DNA of 64,000 bases from a virus. This document shows, in pieces, positions 36,346 to 45,816 of the stretch (within the stretch, counting starts at the first letter, position 1; the number at the start of each line of letters is the position of its first letter). The notes beneath the pieces were generated by a model, which saw only the letters and a list, made by a program, of their open reading frames with translations, did not search any database and had not been told where the DNA came from. Both the position numbers and the translations under genes were made by a program. The stretch is taken from IMG/VR virus record IMGVR_UViG_3300028394_000045, positions 32,001 through 96,000 of that record, one strand, 5' to 3'.

Positions 36346-36724
36346 CGAAGTTCTATTGATATCGCTATCGCTCATCAATGTGTTTTTTGTTTCTTGACTT
36401 AGTATCATCTAGATACTGTGGTCATAATTCACCGTATGCACGGTGAATAAGCATCATCTGAGTGACAGCAGTCATCTTGGTTAATGAGATTGTGGTTTCC
36501 CACGCGGAGGCGGTTGACCGGTACCCCCTACTCAAGCTTCACATATCAACGGAACCCTAGTGACCCGATCAAGATCCAAGTCCTACAAGCATGGGGTGTA
36601 TCTTCTTCACAGAGCCCAAACCATTTGTTGCCTTAAGTTAGCAATTGCCTTTGACGCCCAAGTCCGGACCGGGTATCGCACCGTTCCTCAATGGGGTTGA
36701 GTCATATCACTCAACACAGAGTCG
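36333..36724 (-). ncRNA. Candidate large structured non-coding RNA (~390 nt) downstream of the GIY-YIG gene
   Basis: No ORF of 60 aa or more; at least nine stems, including GTTGAGT/ACTCAAC, GTGG-GAAA-CCAC, ATTCACCGT/ACGGTGAAT and a 22-bp palindrome. Confidence 0.6.
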
Positions 36725-36727
36725 TGA

Positions 36728-37156
36728 TTAAATTTTGTTTAGGATTTGGCGGCCATGTACCCTTACCTGTATATGGCCATTGTAATAATCTGCTGATTCC
36801 AATACCTGTCTACTGAACTGCTCGCGTGCCTCAATGTATGAGCATTCACTCTTGCTTGCACAGTAGTAAAGTATTTCTCTGGTGAAATTGTCGGTGCCTA
36901 GTTTTTCAATGTCTGCGGATAGTTCTGCGCTGGATCCATAATATTGTTGCCAATCTGAATCAATTTTGCTTCGTATGCGTTTTTTCTTTTTGATGCCGTT
37001 CTTTTGTTTGACCGTTTTGTATGTGGTTTTTGAAAACTTTGCCAGTTTTTTGCCTATGTATTTGCGTCCAGTGAGATTATTTGTGATCAAGTAAACAAAT
37101 CCCACACATGAGTCGGGCAAAGTCTCCACAGGGGTGTTTTGATATAGCCATGTCAT
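36728..37156 (-). CDS. Stand-alone GIY-YIG endonuclease (Seg/EndoII-like catalytic domain)
   Basis: GFVYLITNNLTGRKYIGKK, YYGSS, REIL, YIE and YYN motifs; Lys-rich insertion. Confidence 0.85.
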   Translation of the reverse strand: MTWLYQNTPVETLPDSCVGFVYLITNNLTGRKYIGKKLAKFSKTTYKTVKQKNGIKKKKRIRSKIDSDWQQYYGSSAELSADIEKLGTDNFTREILYYCASKSECSYIEAREQFSRQVLESADYYNGHIQVRVHGRQILNKI

Positions 37157-37213
37157 ATTGCAGTTTTGTTACTTGAGTCATGTAGTTATGCCTAATTGTG
37201 TTGCGTAATGATT

Positions 37214-38116
37214 TTATTGTTTAAGTTCTGCTATATATTGCCATTGATTTTTTGAGGTAGTAGTAATATTGTCGCTAGAGCAACTGCTCTTGCATATTGT
37301 GTTACATTCTGATGTATTCCATGATTTTTGAATGTCCTCAAAATCATTGTCAAATCCTATAAAATCTTTTTGTCTATCTCCAAGAATACAGCAAGGACTC
37401 AATCTGCCTTGCGCATCGATATATGCGCTTTGTTCAGACAATGCAAAACAATCAATTGGTCCTGTTTTTGGTTCAGGTATGGTCCAGGTTGTTGCACGTT
37501 TTAAATTATCGATCAATGGCCTATTGCTGATTTTGGCACGAAACCAAAAAAATCCCATGTCACGGGCTAGTTGTTCACACTGATGCACCTGGTGTTCATT
37601 GTGTTGATATACTAACATATCCCAGTGTGCTCGTCCGCCTGCATTGATATAAGTTTCAGCATTGGTCATGAGTTTGGTCCAATTTACATTTTTTCGATAT
37701 ATTGCATTGGTATTTTCTAAGCCATCAATACTGAATACCACATAATCCCGTTGCCTGTTCAGTATCGTTCCCAGAGTATTCCACCATCTAGCAGATTGTA
37801 ATGCTCCGTTTGTATTCATACCCAGCGTGATTTCTGGGTTGATAGATCGAAAGTATTGATATATGTCCAGAGTATGTTTGCCGGCCGCCGGGTCTCCATA
37901 CAAGCCGCACATGTACATCTTGTGTAGCTTGGCAATATGTGTGTTATCAAAATGTTGAATTATTTGGTCAATGGTCAGATGATGTTGAAAATTTTTATCA
38001 AAGTTGGGATCTAGTTCTCGAGAACACAACGCACATGCAGCCTGACACACATCTGTGGGTTCTAGATGTAATTCTTTGATGTCACGACGTTGCAGCACTG
38101 GTATAGTTATATTCAT
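37214..38116 (-). CDS. Radical SAM protein with C-terminal SPASM/twitch-like domain
   Basis: CQAACALC, GDP, TNG and FSIDG motifs; C-terminal YIDAQGRLSPCC...C...C. Confidence 0.88.
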   Translation of the reverse strand: MNITIPVLQRRDIKELHLEPTDVCQAACALCSRELDPNFDKNFQHHLTIDQIIQHFDNTHIAKLHKMYMCGLYGDPAAGKHTLDIYQYFRSINPEITLGMNTNGALQSARWWNTLGTILNRQRDYVVFSIDGLENTNAIYRKNVNWTKLMTNAETYINAGGRAHWDMLVYQHNEHQVHQCEQLARDMGFFWFRAKISNRPLIDNLKRATTWTIPEPKTGPIDCFALSEQSAYIDAQGRLSPCCILGDRQKDFIGFDNDFEDIQKSWNTSECNTICKSSCSSDNITTTSKNQWQYIAELKQ

Positions 38117-38120
38117 GTTG

Positions 38121-39182
38121 CTAATATAGTTGTAATTTTTTTAGTAGATCTTGATTTTCAAATAGCATGCCTAAATTATATCTATTTTTCTGCTGATTGT
38201 ATGCACTGATCCAGGTATGGTTATCAGCACGGCCAATGCTGGTGTAATCATCTCCGCGCCCAAAATGCACAACCTTGGTGGCAATGAGACCTAACTTGTT
38301 GCACCAATATTGTTGTTGATCCTGATACTTGGTCACATTATAATCAACAGGAAATGTATTGATAATATCTAGTGCCAAGCCGGCTCCTAGGCGATTGCAT
38401 ATATTCTCATCGTTGCTGATTTGCAATGGATCACTAGGTTTGTTCTTGCACATACGCACAGCTATTTTAGCGCATTGAACAGGAAAAGTCTTGCTTAAAC
38501 TAAAAGTAATTTGCTCTATGCACTCGGCACTGAGATCAATATCCACAGCATTATTGCTGTTAGGCAGATAGATAAAATCTACCAACAGCTTGATTCCTAT
38601 GCGATTGCACTCATCAACCAACCAATCAAAATTTTGATGTTTGTCTCCGGTAAGTGCAAACGGGTAACTACAAATACATATATCGTTGGGTTTTAAGTCG
38701 TCATCTTCGATAAACGCCCATGATATGCCCACACTGTTCCAGATGTCGATATGCCACCAGTAGTCGCCTTTGAAAATACGAAACCTGCGGTCTTTGTTCA
38801 CAAGATAGAAGTTGATAAAACTTTCTTGTGACCCGGCACTGAATCCCGTGTATCGAAACAAATCAAAATTGTGTAAGCGATATCGTGTGCCTCTGGAGAT
38901 CCAAGATTTAAATTGTTGTTCAAACTCTTGCACTACCCAGGGATTTACAAGATGCCGGTTAATGTTCTGATTCTGCACAAACTCCATCACCTCAGGATCT
39001 TTAATGCTGTTGCCGCTGCTGAATATGCCGTGAGTTCGCAGCCTCACATGTTCAAAACCACTGCTGAGGGGGTATGCCCAAATATACTCACCAGGCACAT
39101 CCAGCTGATTGGTAGCACCGGCCAAAGACAGTACCCAGGCTATCTGTTTTATTTGATTGATATCTGCTGTAGTAGTTGACAT
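38121..39182 (-). CDS. PLP-dependent fold-type I enzyme (aminotransferase-like)
   Basis: LLVDFIY (PLP Asp) and ITFSLSKTF (Schiff-base Lys). Confidence 0.7.
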   Translation of the reverse strand: MSTTTADINQIKQIAWVLSLAGATNQLDVPGEYIWAYPLSSGFEHVRLRTHGIFSSGNSIKDPEVMEFVQNQNINRHLVNPWVVQEFEQQFKSWISRGTRYRLHNFDLFRYTGFSAGSQESFINFYLVNKDRRFRIFKGDYWWHIDIWNSVGISWAFIEDDDLKPNDICICSYPFALTGDKHQNFDWLVDECNRIGIKLLVDFIYLPNSNNAVDIDLSAECIEQITFSLSKTFPVQCAKIAVRMCKNKPSDPLQISNDENICNRLGAGLALDIINTFPVDYNVTKYQDQQQYWCNKLGLIATKVVHFGRGDDYTSIGRADNHTWISAYNQQKNRYNLGMLFENQDLLKKLQLY

Positions 39183-39628
39183 GCTGTGATGTAATAATTA
39201 TAATCTTCTTGCCAGTGTGGGTCATTGTTGTTTTTGGTATGGCGAGTGTGCAATATCCATGTCAACACTGGCATAGTAAGATCCAACACAAAATCCCCAT
39301 TGGGGCCAAAAAACAAACAGCTAGGATACACAGCACCATCAACTGCACGAAACTCGCTATGCCATATTAGTTCTTCAAGATCATATCCATCTACTGTCAG
39401 TCGGGCAAGTTCAAAACTTCTATCACGTACAATTTGATTATTTTCAACCACTGTGTCATGTGGTTGCTTATCCCAATGTGTGATCACTATGGATACTGCA
39501 CCCTGGGTGGACGGAACATCAAAATCATATACTTCGAGCACCGTGCCGGAATACAATTCTTCATGATTGATAGAAATTTTGCATCGTGGCTGATCTATGA
39601 TGTTGATAAATTCAAGATGTAGTTTCAT
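39149..39628 (-). CDS. Hypothetical protein; start revised to MKLHLEF
   Basis: Overlap-coupled to both flanking PLP genes. Confidence 0.55.
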   Translation of the reverse strand: MKLHLEFINIIDQPRCKISINHEELYSGTVLEVYDFDVPSTQGAVSIVITHWDKQPHDTVVENNQIVRDRSFELARLTVDGYDLEELIWHSEFRAVDGAVYPSCLFFGPNGDFVLDLTMPVLTWILHTRHTKNNNDPHWQEDYNYYITACQLLQQISIK

Positions 39629-40643
39629 TTTGTAAGTGACTGAACAAGTCCCAGTGATTATATATTGCAGACAAACAAATTCTGTTTTGGAATTGACCAG
39701 CATCAAGATCCAGCTGGTACGTATGCAATAGACCACTGCGATTGTACTGGCTCCAGTCTGCATCGCCAATGGCAAATATAACAGATTGACTGGGAGTCAG
39801 ACCAAGATATCCGCATACTTGCTGTTGTTTTTCCTGATATAGTTTTGCAATGTAGTCACTGGAAAATTTTTGTATGATTTTTAACCCCACCCAGGCACTT
39901 AGGCTGTTATTGTAGTGAGTAGAGTGATGCAGCTTTTGCCCATCAAAAATATTTGGTTTAGTAAATCTCACACCGATACGCAGTCTTGCCACAGTAAACG
40001 CTTTGCTAAGACTGAAAGTCACTGTGTCAATGCAGTCTGCACTGAGATCTGCGCTGACGCCGCGACTGATAAAATAGTAGCAACAATCAACCAACACCGG
40101 TATGCCCAGTTGATTGCATTTCTCTAATACCTGATCAAAATTTTCTAATTGCGTACCGGTATCACAAAAAGGTAAACTCACTACCAGTGCGTCCCCGGCT
40201 GTTAACGGGTCAGCCTCGGATATCATACTCCATGGGGTATTATTACTGATCCAAGTTTTTAGATGATAAAAGTATTCGCCCACGAAGCATCGCATGCGTC
40301 TTGATCTATATCGATAATAAAAACTATCAAAACTCTGAGTAGTGCCGCTGCTGAAATCAGCCTGATATTGATCTAATCCAGTGATTTTGTTCACAGAATT
40401 TTGAGAGATCCATTTGGGCATGCTGTGAACAAAATCATTGAGATTTTGCGGACGATTCAATCCGTCTTGTAGTAGATCCTGGGAAAATATCTCTCTAATG
40501 TAATCACAAAATTCTGGTGGTTCTACAGCTCGTGACCCTTGCAACACAAATCTGACTTGATTTCTAGTGGAAAAAAAATCTGTTTGTTCACAGGCAGCAA
40601 TTGCCCAACTTAACTGTGTTGCTCGATCAAGCAATTTCTGCAT
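39612..40643 (-). CDS. PLP-dependent fold-type I enzyme (paralogue of 38121..39182)
   Basis: VLVDCCY and VTFSLSKAF..ARLRIG; start taken at MQKLLD. Confidence 0.72.
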   Translation of the reverse strand: MQKLLDRATQLSWAIAACEQTDFFSTRNQVRFVLQGSRAVEPPEFCDYIREIFSQDLLQDGLNRPQNLNDFVHSMPKWISQNSVNKITGLDQYQADFSSGTTQSFDSFYYRYRSRRMRCFVGEYFYHLKTWISNNTPWSMISEADPLTAGDALVVSLPFCDTGTQLENFDQVLEKCNQLGIPVLVDCCYYFISRGVSADLSADCIDTVTFSLSKAFTVARLRIGVRFTKPNIFDGQKLHHSTHYNNSLSAWVGLKIIQKFSSDYIAKLYQEKQQQVCGYLGLTPSQSVIFAIGDADWSQYNRSGLLHTYQLDLDAGQFQNRICLSAIYNHWDLFSHLQNETTS

Positions 40644-42390
40644 CCGTTGAATATGAAGTGAAGCCATTCTCTTTTATCACCTTGAGAATGTTCTCTACCC
40701 TGCTGGTCAGTTCGTCTCTATGACTCACAAGCCAAATGCTCTTGTGTCGTTCGCGACTCATCTTCTTTAACAGGGCCAGGGCATTCTCTACGCCTTGGGT
40801 GTCCAAGCCGGAGTCAATCATCTCGTCAATGAACAAGATGTTGATGGGTTCATACAAACTCTCCCACACATCGCGGAACGCCCAACTCATGCTGAGGATC
40901 AATCGGTTACGCTCACCTCGGCTCAAGTTGTCAAAGTCCAATTCACGACCTAGTTCTTCAATGCTCACTGTAAGATCGTTCTGGAACTTCACAGTATGTG
41001 GTAATCCGATACGATCAAGATAGTGTGTGAGTCTGCTGTTGAGATAACTCAAGTTTTGATCAATGATCTTCTTACGCACAAAACTGTCTTTGCTGGTGAG
41101 CAGTTTGAGCAAAAACTCTTGATGCTCTTGTAATCTAGTGTATTCGTTTAGCGTGTCATACGAAACTACTTGCAGGGCTTGATTCTGCATGTCTGCGATC
41201 TGTTCGCTGTAAGGATCAGTCTCTGCGGATCGTGTGACAAGATCCTTGTTTAGGGTATCCACAGTGTTCTTGTGATTCAGTGCCTGTTCGAGGCTGTCAT
41301 AGAACACCCGGGGTGCTTGCCCTAGTTCGCCAAGTTCTCGCAATCGATCTTGATGTTCGGATCGTTGCGTGTCGTTGGTCAGCACTTGCAATGAGATTTC
41401 TAGCAGAGTCTTTTCACGCTGTGCTTTCACAGTGTCAAGACTGTTGTCGTGTATGTCTGTGCCGCAGGCAAAACACTTGTGGCTGGCAATCTGCGTGAGA
41501 TCTTTTTCAATCTGAGCCATTTGCTTCAGCAGTTTGGTATCGTCGGCATCAATCTGCCGTATCCAACGATTGGCTTCGTCTATGGATTTTTTACGAGCAT
41601 GGTATGCGTCGAGATCTCTGTGTGCTTGTACCTCCGCTGCAATATCGATGTGTTCAAGGTCAGCAATACCTTGTGCTAGACCTTCAGTATCTTCTGTTTG
41701 TTTGCGTAGCCACAAGGTTCTGCGTTTCTCTAAACTGACAATCTGTTCTTCGATGCGTTTGTTGGCTTCTTGCACCGCACGGATACGCAGTTCTTCTGCT
41801 TGGATAGAATCTTTGGTTTGTCTGTTGAGTTCTTTGATACGATCGGCACGCTCACTCAGCAGCGTGATACCCAGCAGTTGTTCAATGATTGTGCGCTGTT
41901 CATTGGCCTTGAGACTCAAGAAAGGCGGTGTGTAAGTGTTCAGTGCTACAATATGCTGGAACATGTCATGGCTCATGCCCAACACACGCTCGATAGCTTC
42001 TTGTGTTTCTCTTGAATCACCTTGTGCTTCGTCCTGTGCTGCTTGATGCTCGTCGTTTACATAGAACTTGAGAACATTGGGTTTGCGACCGCGCTCAATT
42101 CGATAGTTCTGCCCGCCCACAGAGAAGTCCAGGCTCACAAGCATGTGCTTGGCATTGGTCTTGTTTACTAGATTGTCTTTACGAATGTTTGATAATGCTT
42201 GGCCATACAATGCATAGCTTAGTGCATTGATGATTGTGGTCTTGCCTGTGCCATTGCGAGATCCATCGCCTCCCATGTCCAAGTTTTCGCCCAGCACCAA
42301 GGTAAGGTCCGATCGATCAAAGTCAATGGCCTGCGTGGTATTGCCTACGCTCATGAAGTTTTTTACTGTGAGGTCACGAAGATGTATCAT
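40627..42390 (-). CDS. gp46: Recombination endonuclease ATPase subunit (gp46/SbcC/Rad50-like)
   Basis: KNFMSVG, Walker A NGTGKTT, Zn hook CFACG, signature LSRGE, Walker B LFIDE and VSH. Confidence 0.95.
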   Translation of the reverse strand: MIHLRDLTVKNFMSVGNTTQAIDFDRSDLTLVLGENLDMGGDGSRNGTGKTTIINALSYALYGQALSNIRKDNLVNKTNAKHMLVSLDFSVGGQNYRIERGRKPNVLKFYVNDEHQAAQDEAQGDSRETQEAIERVLGMSHDMFQHIVALNTYTPPFLSLKANEQRTIIEQLLGITLLSERADRIKELNRQTKDSIQAEELRIRAVQEANKRIEEQIVSLEKRRTLWLRKQTEDTEGLAQGIADLEHIDIAAEVQAHRDLDAYHARKKSIDEANRWIRQIDADDTKLLKQMAQIEKDLTQIASHKCFACGTDIHDNSLDTVKAQREKTLLEISLQVLTNDTQRSEHQDRLRELGELGQAPRVFYDSLEQALNHKNTVDTLNKDLVTRSAETDPYSEQIADMQNQALQVVSYDTLNEYTRLQEHQEFLLKLLTSKDSFVRKKIIDQNLSYLNSRLTHYLDRIGLPHTVKFQNDLTVSIEELGRELDFDNLSRGERNRLILSMSWAFRDVWESLYEPINILFIDEMIDSGLDTQGVENALALLKKMSRERHKSIWLVSHRDELTSRVENILKVIKENGFTSYSTDAEIA

Positions 42391-42401
42391 AAGTGTTTGA
42401 C

Positions 42402-42430
42402 ATTATAACAATATTACCTGTAGATGTAAA
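42402..42430 (-). promoter_or_regulatory. Sigma70-type promoter TTTACA-N17-TATAAT for gp46
   Basis: Minus strand reads TTTACA TCTACAGGTAATATTGT TATAAT. Confidence 0.7.
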
Positions 42431-42431
42431 C

Positions 42432-43925
42432 CTACATACCCATGGCATGTGCTATTTCGGCATGAGTGCTTGAAAAATTTTGTCCTCGTATGCGATCAAA
42501 GTGTCTACTGAGAGACACAAACCCAACTCCATCTGAACCAGGAAATGACTTTATAGTAGTTAAAATGCTGCTCATCTCGGGCCAAGGATGATCTTGAAAT
42601 TTTTCAAGTATCAATTTTTTAGCAAGTGGAGTGAGATTCTTGATACTGAATTCTTTAGGCGAATCAAGATAGTTAACATTAACAGGTAATCCTAATTTGT
42701 CTGCCCAGATTAATAGTTCATCAAGATAAAAAATATTCATGATACTGATAGTTGGCATTATACTAATTTTTAGATTTGATAAAGAGAGATCTACCAATTT
42801 ACGAATGTTTGATGTTACCTGCTGCCATGAACCCCCGCGTTCGAGATCAAACCGTGCTCCTACGTTGTCGATGCTAAAATGTATATCTACATGAGCAAAA
42901 TGTTGCCAATGTTTGATGAGATGATCAGGATAGACGGAGCCATTGCTATTGTAATGTAATCTTATATGTTTTGCATGTTCTTGTTCCACTGCCTGTGACA
43001 CCAGTTGGTGTAGAGGTTTGATTAAAAACGGTTCTCCGCCATACATATCAATATTAGTCAATGAAGGCAGCAGATCAGATATCTCTTGCATGATTTTGTT
43101 GTCTGACTCGGCCCAGTTAAACGATCTTATGGGTAAAATTCCACTGATTGATTGTACTTCTTGTGCAAACAATGAACTGGCCTTTGGAGTGCATATACGA
43201 CATTTAAAATTGCATGTGTTGCCCGGAGCAATATCTAAACTGGTAATTTTGGGATCATCCAGATACTTGGTCAACAGATCTTTCTTCAACAATCGCATGT
43301 GCATTGTACGGTTGCTGGTTAGTCCGTGTTCCTCGAGATTCCAACAATGATCACATCCTGATACTTTTTTTCCAGATAACAAATTTTGTCTAAGTTGGTT
43401 GTACCCCTGATTATGAAACAATTGATCTATTGAGTTCCCAACAGCATTGCCAACTGGATCTTGGTAAACACAACATGGCTTGGCGTCTCCGGACTGATCG
43501 ATCATCATATGAGACCAAGGCATGGGGCATAAAGTTGCCGGCAATACAAAACCGCTAGACATGGGTTTGGTATCGGTTATATTCACTTGTATCGATTGGA
43601 ATGAAACATTATCTCCAGAATTTTCAAAAGCAATGGCATCAAGTTTGAATGTGAGATCAACTGGAACGCATAACAATACGAAAAAATTGGATACATCTAT
43701 CAATGTTGCGGCTTGATATAAATGTTCCAGCAATTGATCAGATACATCGTGTTTGGTATAAAATACCAATCGATCGTTGAGAGAAAATTCTTGCTGATGA
43801 TGCTGTTGTAAAATTTTATAGGCCTGTGATGGGCCTTTGGTGAGATCTGCCAGATCAACAAAACATTTTATTAAATATTTTTTAGATAGGTCATGTTTCA
43901 ACTGATCAACTGTGAGAGTGCTCAT
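42432..43925 (-). CDS. Radical SAM protein with twitch/SPASM-like domain N-terminal to the core
   Basis: CPMPW...KPCC...CDHC, followed by CNFKCRIC, GGEP and FSID. Confidence 0.88.
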   Translation of the reverse strand: MSTLTVDQLKHDLSKKYLIKCFVDLADLTKGPSQAYKILQQHHQQEFSLNDRLVFYTKHDVSDQLLEHLYQAATLIDVSNFFVLLCVPVDLTFKLDAIAFENSGDNVSFQSIQVNITDTKPMSSGFVLPATLCPMPWSHMMIDQSGDAKPCCVYQDPVGNAVGNSIDQLFHNQGYNQLRQNLLSGKKVSGCDHCWNLEEHGLTSNRTMHMRLLKKDLLTKYLDDPKITSLDIAPGNTCNFKCRICTPKASSLFAQEVQSISGILPIRSFNWAESDNKIMQEISDLLPSLTNIDMYGGEPFLIKPLHQLVSQAVEQEHAKHIRLHYNSNGSVYPDHLIKHWQHFAHVDIHFSIDNVGARFDLERGGSWQQVTSNIRKLVDLSLSNLKISIMPTISIMNIFYLDELLIWADKLGLPVNVNYLDSPKEFSIKNLTPLAKKLILEKFQDHPWPEMSSILTTIKSFPGSDGVGFVSLSRHFDRIRGQNFSSTHAEIAHAMGM

Positions 43926-44938
43926 AGATTCTGGTAAATTTTCAACAGTAGTCGGTTATCGTAAAACTCCGATTCAATATTGGTGATCTGATCTGTCACA
44001 ATTTGATCTACTGATTCAAACTTGATCTCACCAGGCGCCATGTCTGTGTCCACAGAACTATTCTTGTTGGGTATCAGGGCCATCTCTCTGAGACTGTAGT
44101 CTTTGATGTAGGTTTCTTTGATGAAGTTGGCTTCTTCGTATGAAATCTCGATGTCCAAGTTCACACGAACATGCATGCGAGGTGCAAGTAATGCGGCTGC
44201 ATTGTCGATGATGTTGGCAAGACCTAACACACGATATCTGGGTTGATCGGGCCACGCATGATACACAGGATCCTGCCCCCACTCCAAGATGGTAAGACCG
44301 CGAGCATCGTCGCCGGCATCTGCGTAGTTGTGGGGAAATGCGTTGCCAATGTATGTAATGTTCTTTTTGGTTTGTCGTTTGTGGAAGTGACCAGTAAACA
44401 CATGTTCAAAATTGTTGAAGTCTTCTCTGCGAACCTCACCGTGATCCGGCATCTCTACCATAGCATTCATCAAATAACCGGGCAGTTCAAAATGCCCAAA
44501 CATATACTTGCCTTTTAGCTTGGGTATGCGTTTGTGATCATCACCACACAGCCAAGGAGCAATCACAACATCGCCACTGCTGAACCAATCGTTACAGATC
44601 TCCACATTGGGCAAATGTCGTGCCCACTCTACACTTTGGATATCACGCTTGTCACGATAGTATAGGTCGTGATTGCCTGGAATAAAGTAAACATGTTCAA
44701 AATTTGCATTCATGTGCTCTAGAGCCCTGAGGCTGTAGTTCAAGGTGACAATGTTGAGACTGGCTCTGTTGTTGTGCCAGTCGCCTAGGAACATGCAGGT
44801 TTCACAACCTTCCTCTCGTGCCTTGGCAGTGGCCCACTTCACAAAGTTTAAGCAGTCTTCATTGTGAGTGGTGCTGTTGGATTTAAGTCCAAAGTGGATG
44901 TCCGTGAAGATTGCGGCTTTGCGGAATAGATTGGTCAT
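43922..44938 (-). CDS. gp47: Recombination endonuclease nuclease subunit (gp47/Mre11-like)
   Basis: TDIHFG, GDW, GNHD, GHFE and GHFH metallophosphoesterase motifs. Confidence 0.95.
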   Translation of the reverse strand: MTNLFRKAAIFTDIHFGLKSNSTTHNEDCLNFVKWATAKAREEGCETCMFLGDWHNNRASLNIVTLNYSLRALEHMNANFEHVYFIPGNHDLYYRDKRDIQSVEWARHLPNVEICNDWFSSGDVVIAPWLCGDDHKRIPKLKGKYMFGHFELPGYLMNAMVEMPDHGEVRREDFNNFEHVFTGHFHKRQTKKNITYIGNAFPHNYADAGDDARGLTILEWGQDPVYHAWPDQPRYRVLGLANIIDNAAALLAPRMHVRVNLDIEISYEEANFIKETYIKDYSLREMALIPNKNSSVDTDMAPGEIKFESVDQIVTDQITNIESEFYDNRLLLKIYQNL

Positions 44939-45816
44939 GGTGTATAAAGTAGTTCTTTCAATTGTACACTAGTTGTAGGGAATGTGTCAAGCCCATGACA
45001 TCGGATTTCATATCCTAATTCTCTTAGTCTCCATTGTATCCATGCTTCGCTAACAATAGGTAAAGCATTCCAGGTTATAAAGTCACCATTTAGTATTGAG
45101 TCAATGATATAATTGCAAATTTTATCCTGATCGATGTGTTTTTGTAATTTGATATTTTGTTCATGATATGGCAACAATGCACTGATAGGTCGTTGAACAT
45201 CTAATTTCAAAAAATCTGCAATAGCCGTGATGGTATTCTCAAAATCATGTAGTAAATCCTTGACAAAAATATACCTACATCTTGGAGATTGCCATTTATC
45301 AGGAAAATACCATTCTACTTGAGATTGCCATGATGGAACAAGATACATGCTTAAGAATTCTCGATATATCCACACATCAATGTCCTTTATTGCGGTATCG
45401 GGAGCAATTGGCCAATTCTTGTATATTTTTTTATAATCCACCTCACTACCAATAAAATCAATCCACCGGTTGTACCACACCTTATCTATCCAATTGTTTA
45501 AATTAAGCAACACCGAATCAGTATCAGGGTATAGAAAAATTACCTGGTCAACTGATTGTAAAATCTCGTCGAGATGATTTTTTAGTGAATGATTCTTATC
45601 GGTCTTGGGATGCAATCTTACAAATTTACTATGATCGGAGCCACTTAGATATTGTCGCCAACCTTGCATATTCAGCAGATGGTTACCATCGAAATTATGA
45701 CTAGCACCATTGGCTCTAAATGGAGATGATAATTGGTCAGATGTTGATAGACTGGTCAAACACCATTCTACATAAGTGCCATATGCTCCGCCATTGAACA
45801 ATATTGGAACGGTCAT
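44935..45816 (-). CDS. Hypothetical protein, sulfotransferase-like family; start revised to MTVPIL
   Basis: ATGA overlap with the gp55 stop; GAYGTYVEW and WIYRE; C-terminal motif shared with 35293..36345. Confidence 0.5.
   Translation of the reverse strand: MTVPILFNGGAYGTYVEWCLTSLSTSDQLSSPFRANGASHNFDGNHLLNMQGWRQYLSGSDHSKFVRLHPKTDKNHSLKNHLDEILQSVDQVIFLYPDTDSVLLNLNNWIDKVWYNRWIDFIGSEVDYKKIYKNWPIAPDTAIKDIDVWIYREFLSMYLVPSWQSQVEWYFPDKWQSPRCRYIFVKDLLHDFENTITAIADFLKLDVQRPISALLPYHEQNIKLQKHIDQDKICNYIIDSILNGDFITWNALPIVSEAWIQWRLRELGYEIRCHGLDTFPTTSVQLKELLYTP

Noticed and set aside
36346-36727. Group I/II intron, RNase P RNA or tmRNA as the explanation for the structured region
   Set aside because: The flanking genes are convergent and complete, so no exon is interrupted. 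I could not recognise group II domain V, group I core, RNase P GAGGAAAGUCC or tmRNA tRNA-like ends by eye. An Rfam search is still needed.
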